Positions 47,804-57,465 of a stretch of 64,000 nt of DNA are shown one piece after another. Within the stretch, counting starts at the first letter, position 1. Every line of letters starts with the position of its first letter. The stretch spans positions 69,171 to 133,170 of the forward strand of contig JAITCH010000011.1 of assembly GCA_031283185.1 (NCBI GenBank), in the 5' to 3' direction. A program made the translations under genes and the position numbers. The notes below the pieces were generated by a model. It did not search any database. It was not told the origin of the DNA and was given only the letters and a program-made list of their open reading frames with translations. Origin of the DNA: Rickettsiales bacterium. GTDB taxonomy: Bacteria > Pseudomonadota > Alphaproteobacteria > Rs-D84.

Positions 47804-48094
47804 TTACCCTATTAAATTCTTTGGAATCTTCATACTTATCATTCCCATTTTCGCCGCAATCATTTTTCCCAGTTGCGGTTCCGACTTTGATACATTCGCC
47901 AATATATAATGCATAATTATAAACGGCATCACAAACCAAAGCGGATTTATCCCATCCCCAAATACCACAAAATGCGCCATAAAAGCCCCTATGAAAATAA
48001 GGAAAAAGACAAAAAAATTAACCATAGCAATGCCATACGGCACACCCAAAATCCTTATCGGATTCGTAATCGCTTTATATATCGGTTCTCTCAT
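47804..48094 (-). CDS. virB3: Type IV secretion system protein VirB3/TrbD
   Basis: 96 aa with two TM segments (GIAMVNFFVFFLIFIGAFMAHFVVF...), directly upstream of virB4 with a 1-nt gap. Confidence 0.6.
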   Translation of the reverse strand: MREPIYKAITNPIRILGVPYGIAMVNFFVFFLIFIGAFMAHFVVFGDGINPLWFVMPFIIMHYILANVSKSEPQLGKMIAAKMGMISMKIPKNLIG

Positions 48095-48389
48095 CTCTCC
48101 CTCTCATCCCAATTCTAACATTTTCAACAATTTTTAACAAGAGATTACCCCATATTCTCAATAATTGTTAAATCAACATTTTATCCACAATAATTAACAT
48201 ATCTGTTAATAATGTGTTTTATTGGCTTAAATCAATGATTTATTATGTTAATATATCTGTTTATAAGTTTTATTAACTGATTTAACACCCTAAACAACAA
48301 AAACAATAATACTTATTTGTTATATGAAAAATCCCCATTGCAAGCAAAGGGGATAATGACACAGGCATTTTGAGTTATGATAATCAAGA

Positions 48390-48524
48390 TTATTTCTTCT
48401 TATAACCCTGTTTTGCCTTGAACTTAGGATTCTTTGGATCCAATAATATAACCTGTTTTCCGCGTCTGACCTGTTTCAGATCGCCGCGCTTTTTCCAACC
48501 TTTTAACGAACTTAATATTTTCAT
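48390..48524 (-). CDS. rpmJ: 50S ribosomal protein L36, type B (zinc-independent paralog); 44 aa, absent from the ORF track
   Basis: Minus-strand translation MKILSSLKGWKKRGDLKQVRRGKQVILLDPKNPKFKAKQGYKKK aligns along its full length with bL36 ([37 protein letters not shown]). The four Zn ligands are replaced, as in the E. coli YkgO-type C-minus form. A TTGATT-17-TATAAA promoter-like sequence lies upstream at about 48545-48575. Confidence 0.7.
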   Translation of the reverse strand: MKILSSLKGWKKRGDLKQVRRGKQVILLDPKNPKFKAKQGYKKK

Positions 48525-48622
48525 CATAAATTCCTTTGATAAATTTTCCGTATATTTATAATATAATTATCTTGAAAAATCAAGCAATAAGGATAAACTT
48601 CTAAAATAGGGGTTATAAAACT

Positions 48623-49483
48623 ATGTCTATGATTAAAACTTATAGCAGTTCGGACTATATGAATATGGTCTGGAACGCCATCAAAAAAACAGCCGCTTGG
48701 ATTGCCGCGCCGGCATTTTTTATCTATATTATGATTTCCAAGCCTGACCACGATTTCCTTAACGCGCTTCATAAACCAGTCGCATCTATATTTATTCCAG
48801 TCGGTCAAGCGTTAACCTGGCCAATCCGCAGTTCCGGCAGATTTTTAACAACAATAGCCGAATATCACGACATTCACAAGGAAAACGAAATGCTTCGCAA
48901 GCAACTTGATGAACGGCTGCGCGACAATTCCGACTGCGAAGTTTTACGCGAAACAAACGCCAAACAAGCCCGCCTCCTTGGAATCCCAGAACGCGAACGG
49001 ATGAAATCAGCATATGGCGAAATCGTCAGCAGCAATTCATTCGGCGGCAACTCTTTCATAACCAACATTGGATTCAAAGACAACATTCACGAAGGCGATA
49101 TGGTATTATCATCTCGTGGAAATGTTATTGGATTTGTATCTTCCGCAACAGATAACTATTCCAAAATTAAATCCCTTACCGACATCAATTCACAGATCCT
49201 GGCCAAAGTATCCGGCACGGAGATATTTGCATTTTTACAAGGGAACAACACTGAATATCCATATTTGGAATACTATTCCAATCCTGATTTTGTCCCGGAA
49301 ATCGGCATGAAAATATCAACTTCTTCGGTTAATTCATTAATGCCCGAAGACATTCCAATCGGCGAAATTAAAAAGATAGTGAACAAATCCCGCGCGCTGA
49401 TTGAACTTTATGACAATCCGCAAAAAATTATAAATGTCCAGATACTCAAATATAATTTCCGCGATAAATACAAGGCCCTATAA
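48623..49483 (+). CDS. mreC: Rod shape-determining protein MreC
   Basis: 286 aa; N-terminal TM, coiled-coil (ENEMLRKQLDERL), beta-domain; followed by mreD-mrdA-rodA. Confidence 0.7.
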   Translation: MSMIKTYSSSDYMNMVWNAIKKTAAWIAAPAFFIYIMISKPDHDFLNALHKPVASIFIPVGQALTWPIRSSGRFLTTIAEYHDIHKENEMLRKQLDERLRDNSDCEVLRETNAKQARLLGIPERERMKSAYGEIVSSNSFGGNSFITNIGFKDNIHEGDMVLSSRGNVIGFVSSATDNYSKIKSLTDINSQILAKVSGTEIFAFLQGNNTEYPYLEYYSNPDFVPEIGMKISTSSVNSLMPEDIPIGEIKKIVNKSRALIELYDNPQKIINVQILKYNFRDKYKAL

Positions 49484-49981
49484 ATGCTGAAATGGATGAT
49501 AAAAGATCTTATCCATAAATGTAAGGCCATACTTCCGGCGACACTCGCCATATTTTTTATATTTACGCCCAGCAGTTTCTTAAATCCGGGCGGAATCATC
49601 GCGCTTATTCCTATATTTTATTTTCTGCTGATTTCTGAAAAATATATGCCGCCTTTACTTGCATTCGCGCTGATTATGTTTTTAGATTATATGCAGAATT
49701 CCGTTTATATATGGACTTTTATTTTTATGATTTTCGTATCGGTTGAAAGCATCCAAAAGATATTCGTCCTCCGCGAACAGAAATTAAATGCGGCCGTAAT
49801 TTTCACCGCGCTTATATTTATCGGCTGCATATTACAATGGATAATTGCTATGAATGTCGCGGGACTTGGCTGGTCGGCATCCTTCCTGCTTTTATTCAAG
49901 GCGATATTCGCCATAATTTGGACAAGCGCGATTTACATCCCCGCCAGTTATCTATTCAGAGGAATCTTCCATGATAGATAG
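49484..49981 (+). CDS. mreD: Rod shape-determining protein MreD
   Basis: 165-aa polytopic membrane protein between mreC and mrdA. Confidence 0.5.
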   Translation: MLKWMIKDLIHKCKAILPATLAIFFIFTPSSFLNPGGIIALIPIFYFLLISEKYMPPLLAFALIMFLDYMQNSVYIWTFIFMIFVSVESIQKIFVLREQKLNAAVIFTALIFIGCILQWIIAMNVAGLGWSASFLLLFKAIFAIIWTSAIYIPASYLFRGIFHDR

Positions 49982-51773
49982 CGAACAGAGTTTTGTATTT
50001 GATCGAAGAAGTTTCATTGTTTTGGCGGCCGGCGGCGCATTATCAATGCTGCTGATATTTCGTATGGCGCAATTACAAATCGTAGGCGGCGGCAGATACC
50101 GCAGGCAATCTGAAAAAAGCTTGATGAAGGTTCGTATAAATGTTCCGCCCCGCGGAATTATTTATGCGCGGGATGGCAGCGCGCTTGCGACAAATATAAC
50201 TTCATACCGCGCTTACATTATTCCGCGCGAAGTCCAGGATATAAATTTGGTTTTGGATTTGCTGCGTTATAAATTCGGATTTCGGCAATCAAAACTTGCA
50301 TTTGTTGAAAAGAACTATCGCAAAAATCGCAGATCATATTCACCATTATTCGTCAAAGAAAACATTTCCTGGAAGGATATGAGTGATTTAAGAACGCATA
50401 ACAAAACCCAGGGATTTTATGTAGAACAAAGTTTATCCCGCAGTTATCCGAATGGCGCGCTTGGGGCGCATGTAATCGGCTATGTTGGAAATGTGGATGA
50501 AAACGATCTGAAAACCCGCTTTGATCCGAATAGTGAAATTTTATATTTTAAGATTGGTAAAACGGGACTTGAAAAGAAATTTGACGCGCAACTTCGCGGC
50601 ATAGCCGGGCGCAGTATGTATATGGTTGATGTTCTTGGTCGCGTTGTTCGGGACGGCGTGGCGGTGCGGGACGGCGTGGCGGGTGAAAACCTGCATACCA
50701 CCATATCACCATCTATTCAGAAATCCCTTGAAACCGCATTTGCAGATTATCCATCCGTCTCCGGCGTTGTTATGGAAATAGAAACAGGCGAAGTTCTTGC
50801 TATGGCATCCACCCCGAACTTTAATCCTGAAAAATTCCAATCGGACGAACTGGGCGAATATTTCGAGGAACTTAAAAACGATAAACATAAACCATTTGTG
50901 AACAAGGCAATCGAAGGCGGCTATCCCCCAGGATCCACCTTCAAGATTGTTGTCGCAATGGCCGCCTTAGAGGGCGGCGCGATTACCCCTCAGGAATCTG
51001 TCGTCTGCACGGGCGAATGGATGTATGGAAATCATAAATATCATTGCTGGAAGAAAAACGGCCACGGACGGCAGAATATGTTTGACGCCATCGCCCATTC
51101 CTGCGATATATATTTCTATCAGTTGGCTCTTAAAATCGGAATGGACGCGATAAAGGCTATGGCGTTAAAACTTGGCTTTGGCGTAGTATTACAAAATGAT
51201 TTGGCGGGCGAAATCCCGGGTATTATTCCAGACCGCAAATGGAAAGAAAGGCGTGTCGGTTCCAACTGGGTGCACGGAGACACCGTTATCTCCGGCATTG
51301 GCCAAGGATTTGTAGTCGCAACGCCGATACAGATATGCACGATGATGTGCCGTCTTATATCCAATACCAAAGTTGTTCCGAAAATCGTTAATTATTCGGA
51401 TCATTCCGCGCCCGCGCCGAAATTGGATTTACATGAACCGAATGTCCAAATTGTTTTAACTGGACTTGGCAATGTTACAAAAAAAGGCGGAACCGCCGAA
51501 ATCGCCAATATCAATGTGAATGGCAAAACTATGGGTGGAAAAACCGGAACTTCACAAGTCCGCCGCATATCAGAACAAGAACGAGACAGCGGCGTCCGCA
51601 CCAACGACCAACTGCCGTGGCATCTTCGCAACCACGGACTCTTTGTCGGATTTGCACCGACGGACGCACCGAAATATGCAGTGATGGTTGTTACAGAACA
51701 CTCCGGTGGCTCCACCAATGCGGCCCTCATCGCCTCCCGTGTAATGCGTGATATACTCAAAGGTGAGAAATGA
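49971..51773 (+). CDS. mrdA: Peptidoglycan D,D-transpeptidase MrdA (PBP2)
   Basis: SxxK GSTFKIV, SxN and KTGT (GGKTGTSQV) motifs; PBP dimerisation domain; 600 aa. Confidence 0.85.
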   Translation: MIDSEQSFVFDRRSFIVLAAGGALSMLLIFRMAQLQIVGGGRYRRQSEKSLMKVRINVPPRGIIYARDGSALATNITSYRAYIIPREVQDINLVLDLLRYKFGFRQSKLAFVEKNYRKNRRSYSPLFVKENISWKDMSDLRTHNKTQGFYVEQSLSRSYPNGALGAHVIGYVGNVDENDLKTRFDPNSEILYFKIGKTGLEKKFDAQLRGIAGRSMYMVDVLGRVVRDGVAVRDGVAGENLHTTISPSIQKSLETAFADYPSVSGVVMEIETGEVLAMASTPNFNPEKFQSDELGEYFEELKNDKHKPFVNKAIEGGYPPGSTFKIVVAMAALEGGAITPQESVVCTGEWMYGNHKYHCWKKNGHGRQNMFDAIAHSCDIYFYQLALKIGMDAIKAMALKLGFGVVLQNDLAGEIPGIIPDRKWKERRVGSNWVHGDTVISGIGQGFVVATPIQICTMMCRLISNTKVVPKIVNYSDHSAPAPKLDLHEPNVQIVLTGLGNVTKKGGTAEIANINVNGKTMGGKTGTSQVRRISEQERDSGVRTNDQLPWHLRNHGLFVGFAPTDAPKYAVMVVTEHSGGSTNAALIASRVMRDILKGEK

Positions 51774-51930
51774 CAAAAAATCCTAACTTTGTTTTTCATC
51801 CCGCCGCGATATTTCCGTCCACTACACTTCGGAAACCGGGGGCACACTCATTGGCATCCAGCCAACTTCGCCCCCGGCTTTCCTCGGTATTGGACGGCCT
51901 GGCGCGCCGCTCAGACAAAGTTGGATTTTT
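51771..51930 (+). repeat. Family B element starting on the mrdA stop codon (core ttcggaaaccggggg/cccccggctttcc)
   Basis: tgacaaaaaatcctaac...tttttcatcccgccgcg...ttcggaaaccgggggcacactcattggcatccagccaacttcgcccccggctttcctcggtattgg. Confidence 0.7.
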
Positions 51931-51951
51931 AGAATTTATTAGAGGGGGTGT

Positions 51952-53133
51952 TTGATGGGTTTAGCAGTTCGCATCACTCGCGCAGAATCTCTATCCATTA
52001 TGGACAAGATACCGCGCATCAACAAACCGCTCCTCGGCTGTATGTTTCTATTACTCTTCATATCAATCGCCACGCTCTATTCAATCGGCGGACGCCCCTG
52101 CAATGCATTAATAGAATGCACTTTCGGCGGATGGAATCCATATGCCTGGCAGCAACTACTTAAAATCGGACTTGGTCTTATCGTCTTCGCCATCGCCGCA
52201 TTAATCAATATAAAATTCGTCATCCGTTCCAGTTATATAATGTTCACTATCGCGCTTGTAATGGTTCTAATGGTCAGCCTTTGGGGACATACAGGAATGG
52301 GCGCGGCCAGATGGCTTGATTTATGGCTATTCAAGGTTCAACCCTCCGAATTTATAAAAATATCTATGGTCGTATGTATCGCCCGATATTTTTCCTGGCT
52401 TAATTCGGCCGAGGTCAAGGATTGGAAACAATATCTTATCCCCATCATACTATTCGCCGCGCCATTCGTTTTGGTGTTAAAACAGCCTGATTTGGGCACA
52501 GCAATATCCCTCTTTTTGATAATCAGCACTATGTTTTTTATGATTGGCGCGCCGCGCAAATGGTTTATCGTAATCATTTCGCTGGTTTTATTATCTTCGC
52601 CTGTCGTTTGGAAATTCGCAATGCATGATTACCAGCGCGACCGCATTTTAACCCTGATTGACCCGGCCAAGGATCCAAAAGGCAAGGGATACCAAATCAT
52701 TCAATCCAAAATGACAATCGGATCGGGCGGCTTTGCCGGCAAGGGTTATTTGTCCGGCGCGCAAGCGGCATTGAACTTTTTACCCGAAAAACAAACCGAT
52801 TTTATCTTCGCAGTATGGGGCGAACAATTCGGATTCCTTGGCGCGATTTTCCTGCTTGCCATTTATACAATCATATCCGTCTTGCTTTATAGAACGGCGC
52901 GAAGTTCTAAAAACCGATTCGGACAATTATTATCCATTGGCTTTATGGTGAGTTTATTTGTATATTATTTTGTGAATATGGCGATGGTTATGGGACTTAT
53001 GCCGGTGGTTGGCACGCCGCTGCCTTTATTAAGTTTCGGCGGATCGTCTTTAATCTCACTGATGCTGGGCTTTGGGCTTGTCCAGAACGCCCATATCCAC
53101 AAAGACATCCAACTTTCCGGCAAAGGGAACTAA
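51952..53133 (+). CDS. mrdB: Peptidoglycan glycosyltransferase RodA (SEDS family)
   Basis: 393 aa, 10 TM segments, SEDS blocks (PSEF.K, GSGG..G.G); follows mrdA. Confidence 0.85.
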   Translation: MMGLAVRITRAESLSIMDKIPRINKPLLGCMFLLLFISIATLYSIGGRPCNALIECTFGGWNPYAWQQLLKIGLGLIVFAIAALINIKFVIRSSYIMFTIALVMVLMVSLWGHTGMGAARWLDLWLFKVQPSEFIKISMVVCIARYFSWLNSAEVKDWKQYLIPIILFAAPFVLVLKQPDLGTAISLFLIISTMFFMIGAPRKWFIVIISLVLLSSPVVWKFAMHDYQRDRILTLIDPAKDPKGKGYQIIQSKMTIGSGGFAGKGYLSGAQAALNFLPEKQTDFIFAVWGEQFGFLGAIFLLAIYTIISVLLYRTARSSKNRFGQLLSIGFMVSLFVYYFVNMAMVMGLMPVVGTPLPLLSFGGSSLISLMLGFGLVQNAHIHKDIQLSGKGN

Positions 53134-53135
53134 AT

Positions 53136-53310
53136 GACAAAAAACATAAGGACAATTTTTCATCCCGCCGCGTCATTTCCGTTCACTACACTTCGGAACG
53201 GCAGGGAAACTTATGGGCATCCAGCCCACCGCGCCCTGCCGTTCCTTGGTATTGAACGCAATGCCGCGCCGTTGCGATTGTCCTAATGTTTTTTGCGGGT
53301 TATTAAAACA
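53136..53310 (+). repeat. Family B element after rodA (core ggaacggcaggg/ccctgccgttcc), followed by a gtcattccc-gcgaaggc-gggaat hairpin shared with 8440
   Basis: atgacaaaaaacataaggacaatttttcatcccgccgcg...ttcggaacggcagggaaacttatgggcatccagcccaccgcgccctgccgttcc...ttttttgcgggttattaaaac. Confidence 0.7.
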
Positions 53311-53398
53311 AAATTTTCTATGAAAATTTTGTCATTCCCGCGAAGGCGGGAATAGGGCTAAAAATCGCGGGCAAAGCCCGCCACGAAGGAACCAACTT

Positions 53399-55633
53399 AT
53401 GAACTTACTAATAGTCGAATCACCGGCAAAATCTAAAACAATCGAAAAATACTTGGGCGCGGACTTCAAGGTAATGGCATCTATCGGCCATGTCCGCGAC
53501 CTACTCCCAGAAGACGGCTCCGTTGACCCAAATAATAACTTTAAGATGATCTGGCAAATTATGCCCGATAAAGAAAAACAAATAAAGGCCATATCCGACG
53601 CGCTTAAAAAATCCGATACGCTCTATCTCGCAACCGACCAAGACCGCGAAGGAGAGGCCATCGCTTGGCATCTCTATGATATATTGTCCGAACGCGGATT
53701 ACTTGTCGGCAAAAAAGTATATCGCATAACATTTAATGAAATTACCAAACGCGCAGTTCAAGCCGCTTTGGAATCCCCGCGCGAAATAGACCAAAGTTTG
53801 GTTAATGCCTACCTTGGCCGCCGCGCTTTGGATTATCTTATGGGATTTAACCTGTCCCCCGTTCTATGGCGCAAGGTTCCGGGCGCGAAATCCGCAGGCC
53901 GCGTTCAATCCGCCGCGCTCGCATTATTGGTCGCCCGCGAGCGTGAAATTGAAGAATTTAACCCGGTTGAATACTGGTCAGTTGACGCGGATGTCAAGGC
54001 CAAGGGCGGAAAATTTAATGCCAAACTTTCCGAATCAAATGGCAAAAAAATAGATAAACTATCCATTTCTACCAAGGATCAAGTTGATGAAATCCTATCC
54101 GCGCTTGTCCCGAACCTGCCGGGCGTGGTTAAAAAAATAGAGAAAAAGCAAACCTCGCGCCGCCCCGCCGCGCCGTTCACCACTTCCACCCTGCAACAAG
54201 AGGCATCTCGCAAACTTCATTTTGGCGCGCAGCGCACTATGCGTGCCGCTCAAAAACTTTATGAAAAGGGATTTATAACTTATATGCGAACGGACGCAGT
54301 CAACCTTTCCGAAGACGCACTTTCCGCTATCCGTTCTTACATTTCTTCCAGTTTTGGCGCGCCATATTTACCCGCCGCGGCCATTCGCTATGCAAACAAG
54401 TCTAAAAACGCGCAGGAAGCGCATGAAGCCGTCCGCCCTACTGATTGCGCCAAGACATCCGTAATCGGCCTTGTGGAGCATACCGATGAAGAGAAATTAT
54501 ATGAATTGATTTGGAAACGCACCTTGGCCTGCCAAATGACAGACGCAAAATTTGATGCGGTCGCCGTGGACATTATCCCGGCCAAAGTATCCGCAGTATT
54601 CCGCGCAACCGGCAGCACCCAAACCTTTGACGGATTCCTTAAATTATATCAGGAAGGCGAAGACGATAAGGAAGACGAGAACGAGGTTAAAATCCCGCCG
54701 CTTACCGAAGGCGAAGAAATAGTATTTACGGCATTCAATTCCGAACAGCATTTCACTATGCCGCCGCCGCGCTTTACCGAAGCGACCCTGGTTAAAAAAC
54801 TGGAAGAACTTGGCATAGGACGGCCTTCAACTTATGCGACCATTTTGGGTGTCATAGTTGACCGCGAATATGCAAAATTGGAAAAGCAGAGATTTTTCGC
54901 AACAGAAAAAGGTTGGATAGTCGCCGCATTCCTCGGTAAGTATTTCGAGCAATTTGTCGCGTCAGATTTCACCGCAGGCGTAGAAGACAACCTTGACCAG
55001 ATTGCAGAATCCAAAGCCGAATGGACAAAAGTTTTGCGCTCTTTCTGGGATTTGCTCTCATCCAAAATCGCCGCGGCCAAGGAAGTATCAACAGCGGATG
55101 TTATGACTGAAATAAACAAAATCCTTAGCCCCCATTTATTCAAGGACGGCGGCGACATTTGCCCTGAATGCAAAAAGGGCAAGGTCGGATTACGGCTGGG
55201 CAAATTCGGCGCGTTCCTCGGATGCGGAAATTATCCCGACTGCAAATACATCAAAAACATTGGCGATAACGCCGCGCCCGCAGGCGGATCCGCAAACAAA
55301 GACTTGGGAGACGGAGTATTCTTCAAGGTCGGACGATACGGCCCCTATGTTGAGCAAGGCGACAAACGCGCATCGGCAAAAAACGAAACTTCGGAAACCA
55401 TAACTCTTGAAAAGGCACTTGAACTTTTATCAACCGGCGGACGGGCGGAGGCCGAAGAACTAGGCGATCATTCCGGCACCCCGATAAAATATCACGCGAC
55501 TGGAAAATTCGGCCCCTATATTTCTTGGGGCAAGGTCAACGCCTCGGTCAAAACCCGCCCAGAGTTAGAGGACGCAATCGAAATCATAGAAAAGAAAAAA
55601 CTCGCCCCTAAAAAGTTTTTTAAGAAGAAATAA
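53399..55633 (+). CDS. topA: DNA topoisomerase I
   Basis: TOPRIM N-terminus MNLLIVESPAKSKTIEKYLG, catalytic region, C-terminal C4 zinc ribbon CPECKKG...CGNYPDC; 744 aa. Confidence 0.9.
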   Translation: MNLLIVESPAKSKTIEKYLGADFKVMASIGHVRDLLPEDGSVDPNNNFKMIWQIMPDKEKQIKAISDALKKSDTLYLATDQDREGEAIAWHLYDILSERGLLVGKKVYRITFNEITKRAVQAALESPREIDQSLVNAYLGRRALDYLMGFNLSPVLWRKVPGAKSAGRVQSAALALLVAREREIEEFNPVEYWSVDADVKAKGGKFNAKLSESNGKKIDKLSISTKDQVDEILSALVPNLPGVVKKIEKKQTSRRPAAPFTTSTLQQEASRKLHFGAQRTMRAAQKLYEKGFITYMRTDAVNLSEDALSAIRSYISSSFGAPYLPAAAIRYANKSKNAQEAHEAVRPTDCAKTSVIGLVEHTDEEKLYELIWKRTLACQMTDAKFDAVAVDIIPAKVSAVFRATGSTQTFDGFLKLYQEGEDDKEDENEVKIPPLTEGEEIVFTAFNSEQHFTMPPPRFTEATLVKKLEELGIGRPSTYATILGVIVDREYAKLEKQRFFATEKGWIVAAFLGKYFEQFVASDFTAGVEDNLDQIAESKAEWTKVLRSFWDLLSSKIAAAKEVSTADVMTEINKILSPHLFKDGGDICPECKKGKVGLRLGKFGAFLGCGNYPDCKYIKNIGDNAAPAGGSANKDLGDGVFFKVGRYGPYVEQGDKRASAKNETSETITLEKALELLSTGGRAEAEELGDHSGTPIKYHATGKFGPYISWGKVNASVKTRPELEDAIEIIEKKKLAPKKFFKKK

Positions 55634-55762
55634 ATTCTCCTCCGATGGAGGAGTCCCGGCGTAGCCGGGGAGGTGGGTCTACCCTAAATCAAAGGCTCAA
55701 CATAGGGACTACGCTCATTGCCCACCCCGCCCTGCGGGCACCCCTCCCGGGGAGGGGAATTA
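55634..55762 (+). mobile_element. RPE-like palindromic element, family A copy 6, filling the whole topA-dnaG spacer
   Basis: aattctcctccgatggaggagtcccggcgtagccggggaggtgggtctaccc...cccctcccggggaggggaatt. Confidence 0.7.
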
Positions 55763-55771
55763 AAGGAACAA

Positions 55772-57340
55772 ATGGCAAACGACTACAAATCTTTTAGGGA
55801 CGAACTCTTAGGCCGCATCTCTATCGTAGATGTAGTCGGCCGCCGCGTCCCGCTTAAAGCCAAGGGTCAACATTTTTGGGGCTGCTGTCCGTTCCACAAT
55901 GAAAAAACCCCCTCATTCTCTGTCAGCGAAGAAAAAGGATTTTACCATTGCTTTGGCTGCGGCGCGCACGGCGGCGCGATAGACTTTTTAATGAAGACCG
56001 AAAACCTGCCGTTTATGGAGGCTATGGAACATTTGGCGCAGATGGCCGGAATGGAAATGCCGAAATTCGCGCCCGTTGATCCCGCCCAGGCCGCCCGCGC
56101 AATGGGTTATGTTGATATTATGGCGGAGGCGGCGCAGATTTATTCGCAGGCTCTGTTTCAACCCGAAGGGAAACAAGCATTGGAATATCTTCGGGGTCGC
56201 GGCTTTACGGATGAAATGATTGGCAAATATCAACTCGGCTTTGCGCCGAAGGGGAATAAAATCGCCGCAAAATTTGCCGGGCGCGACCGCAAATTATTAT
56301 TATCCACTGGGATTGTCCGTCCGTCCAACACTCCCGGCGGCGCGGATTATGACTTTTTCCGCGGCCGCGTAATGTTCCCGATATTGGACGCCAAAAACCG
56401 CGTCATTGCTTTTTCCGGCCGCTCTATGGACGGCGAAGAGCCCAAATACATCAACATAGCCGAAACCGAATTTTTCCATAAGCGGCGCACCCTTTATGGA
56501 TTCAACTTCGCCCGCAGCGACATAATTAAAAACCGCCGCGCCATAGTAGTCGAAGGCCAAATAGACGCACTCCAAATGCAATGCGCGGGATTCGGCGAAA
56601 CCATCGCGCCACTCGGTTCCGCATTAACAGATGACCACGCACAGATATTACTGAAAATAACCAAATCAATCGTCCTCTGCTTTGACGGCGATAATGCGGG
56701 TAAAAAAGCCGCCGCCCGCGCAGTTGATGTAATACTGCCATTTATGACAGCTGAAATGGATATAAAAATTTTGACCCTGCCCGGCGGCAAGGATCCCGAT
56801 GACATCATCCGCAATTCCGGCGCGGCGGGTATGCAGGATTTATTAAATGGCGCGACTCCACTCCCCGAGTATTTATGGAATATGGCATTAAATAATTTTG
56901 CTGTGCAGACTCCGAACGGACGGGCACTCGCTGAAAAGTTTTTAATAGAGCGCAGCGATATGATTGGAGACGACACATTGCGCCGCCATATGTTCACGAC
57001 GCTTAAAAATATGATGTGGGATAATTGGAAGGGCGGAAAGACAATTTCCAAAACCAATATCAAAATTCCCGTTATAAAAACCGAGGAAGATTTTTTATCC
57101 GAAATCGCAGAAACATACCCGGAACTTAGGGATAAATACTTTGAGTTGTTTGCCAGTAAAAATTGCAAAAAAGCCGGGGTTAAAACCACAATACCCGAAC
57201 AGGACGCCGAGAAATTTATCCGTAAAATAAAACTCAAAGATTATATAAGCGGGCTTAAAGCGGATTATGAACAATCTCAATCTGCCACCCTCCTCTCCGA
57301 AATCGTCAAAATGGAAAAAGCCTTGGAAGAACTTGTATAA
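55772..57340 (+). CDS. dnaG: DNA primase
   Basis: Zn-ribbon CCPFHNEKTPSFSV...YHCFGCGAHG, TOPRIM EGQIDAL; the true start MANDYKSFRDEL lies downstream of the repeat-derived ORF extension. Confidence 0.85.
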   Translation: MANDYKSFRDELLGRISIVDVVGRRVPLKAKGQHFWGCCPFHNEKTPSFSVSEEKGFYHCFGCGAHGGAIDFLMKTENLPFMEAMEHLAQMAGMEMPKFAPVDPAQAARAMGYVDIMAEAAQIYSQALFQPEGKQALEYLRGRGFTDEMIGKYQLGFAPKGNKIAAKFAGRDRKLLLSTGIVRPSNTPGGADYDFFRGRVMFPILDAKNRVIAFSGRSMDGEEPKYINIAETEFFHKRRTLYGFNFARSDIIKNRRAIVVEGQIDALQMQCAGFGETIAPLGSALTDDHAQILLKITKSIVLCFDGDNAGKKAAARAVDVILPFMTAEMDIKILTLPGGKDPDDIIRNSGAAGMQDLLNGATPLPEYLWNMALNNFAVQTPNGRALAEKFLIERSDMIGDDTLRRHMFTTLKNMMWDNWKGGKTISKTNIKIPVIKTEEDFLSEIAETYPELRDKYFELFASKNCKKAGVKTTIPEQDAEKFIRKIKLKDYISGLKADYEQSQSATLLSEIVKMEKALEELV

Positions 57341-57354
57341 AAGGTCATTCCAAT

Positions 57355-57452
57355 CTAAATCGTCACCCCGGCGGAGGCCGGGGTATATTGTAGATACACA
57401 GACGCGACACTTACGACAAAATATCCCGGCCTTCGCCGGGATGACGAATAGT
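57355..57452. repeat. Two GC-rich hairpins (cgtcaccccggcggaggccggggta and atcccggccttcgccgggatgacga) between dnaG and the SufD-like gene
   Basis: Inverted repeats read directly; related to the gtcattcc / ccggc hairpin families elsewhere in the window. Confidence 0.45.
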
Positions 57453-57465
57453 TTAGGATTGCACA

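Noticed and set aside
48524-48808. 94-aa minus-strand ORF overlapping the mreC start
   Set aside because: Antisense to the 5' end of mreC and overlapping the rpmJ-B promoter; the small L36-B gene explains the coding potential of this region better.
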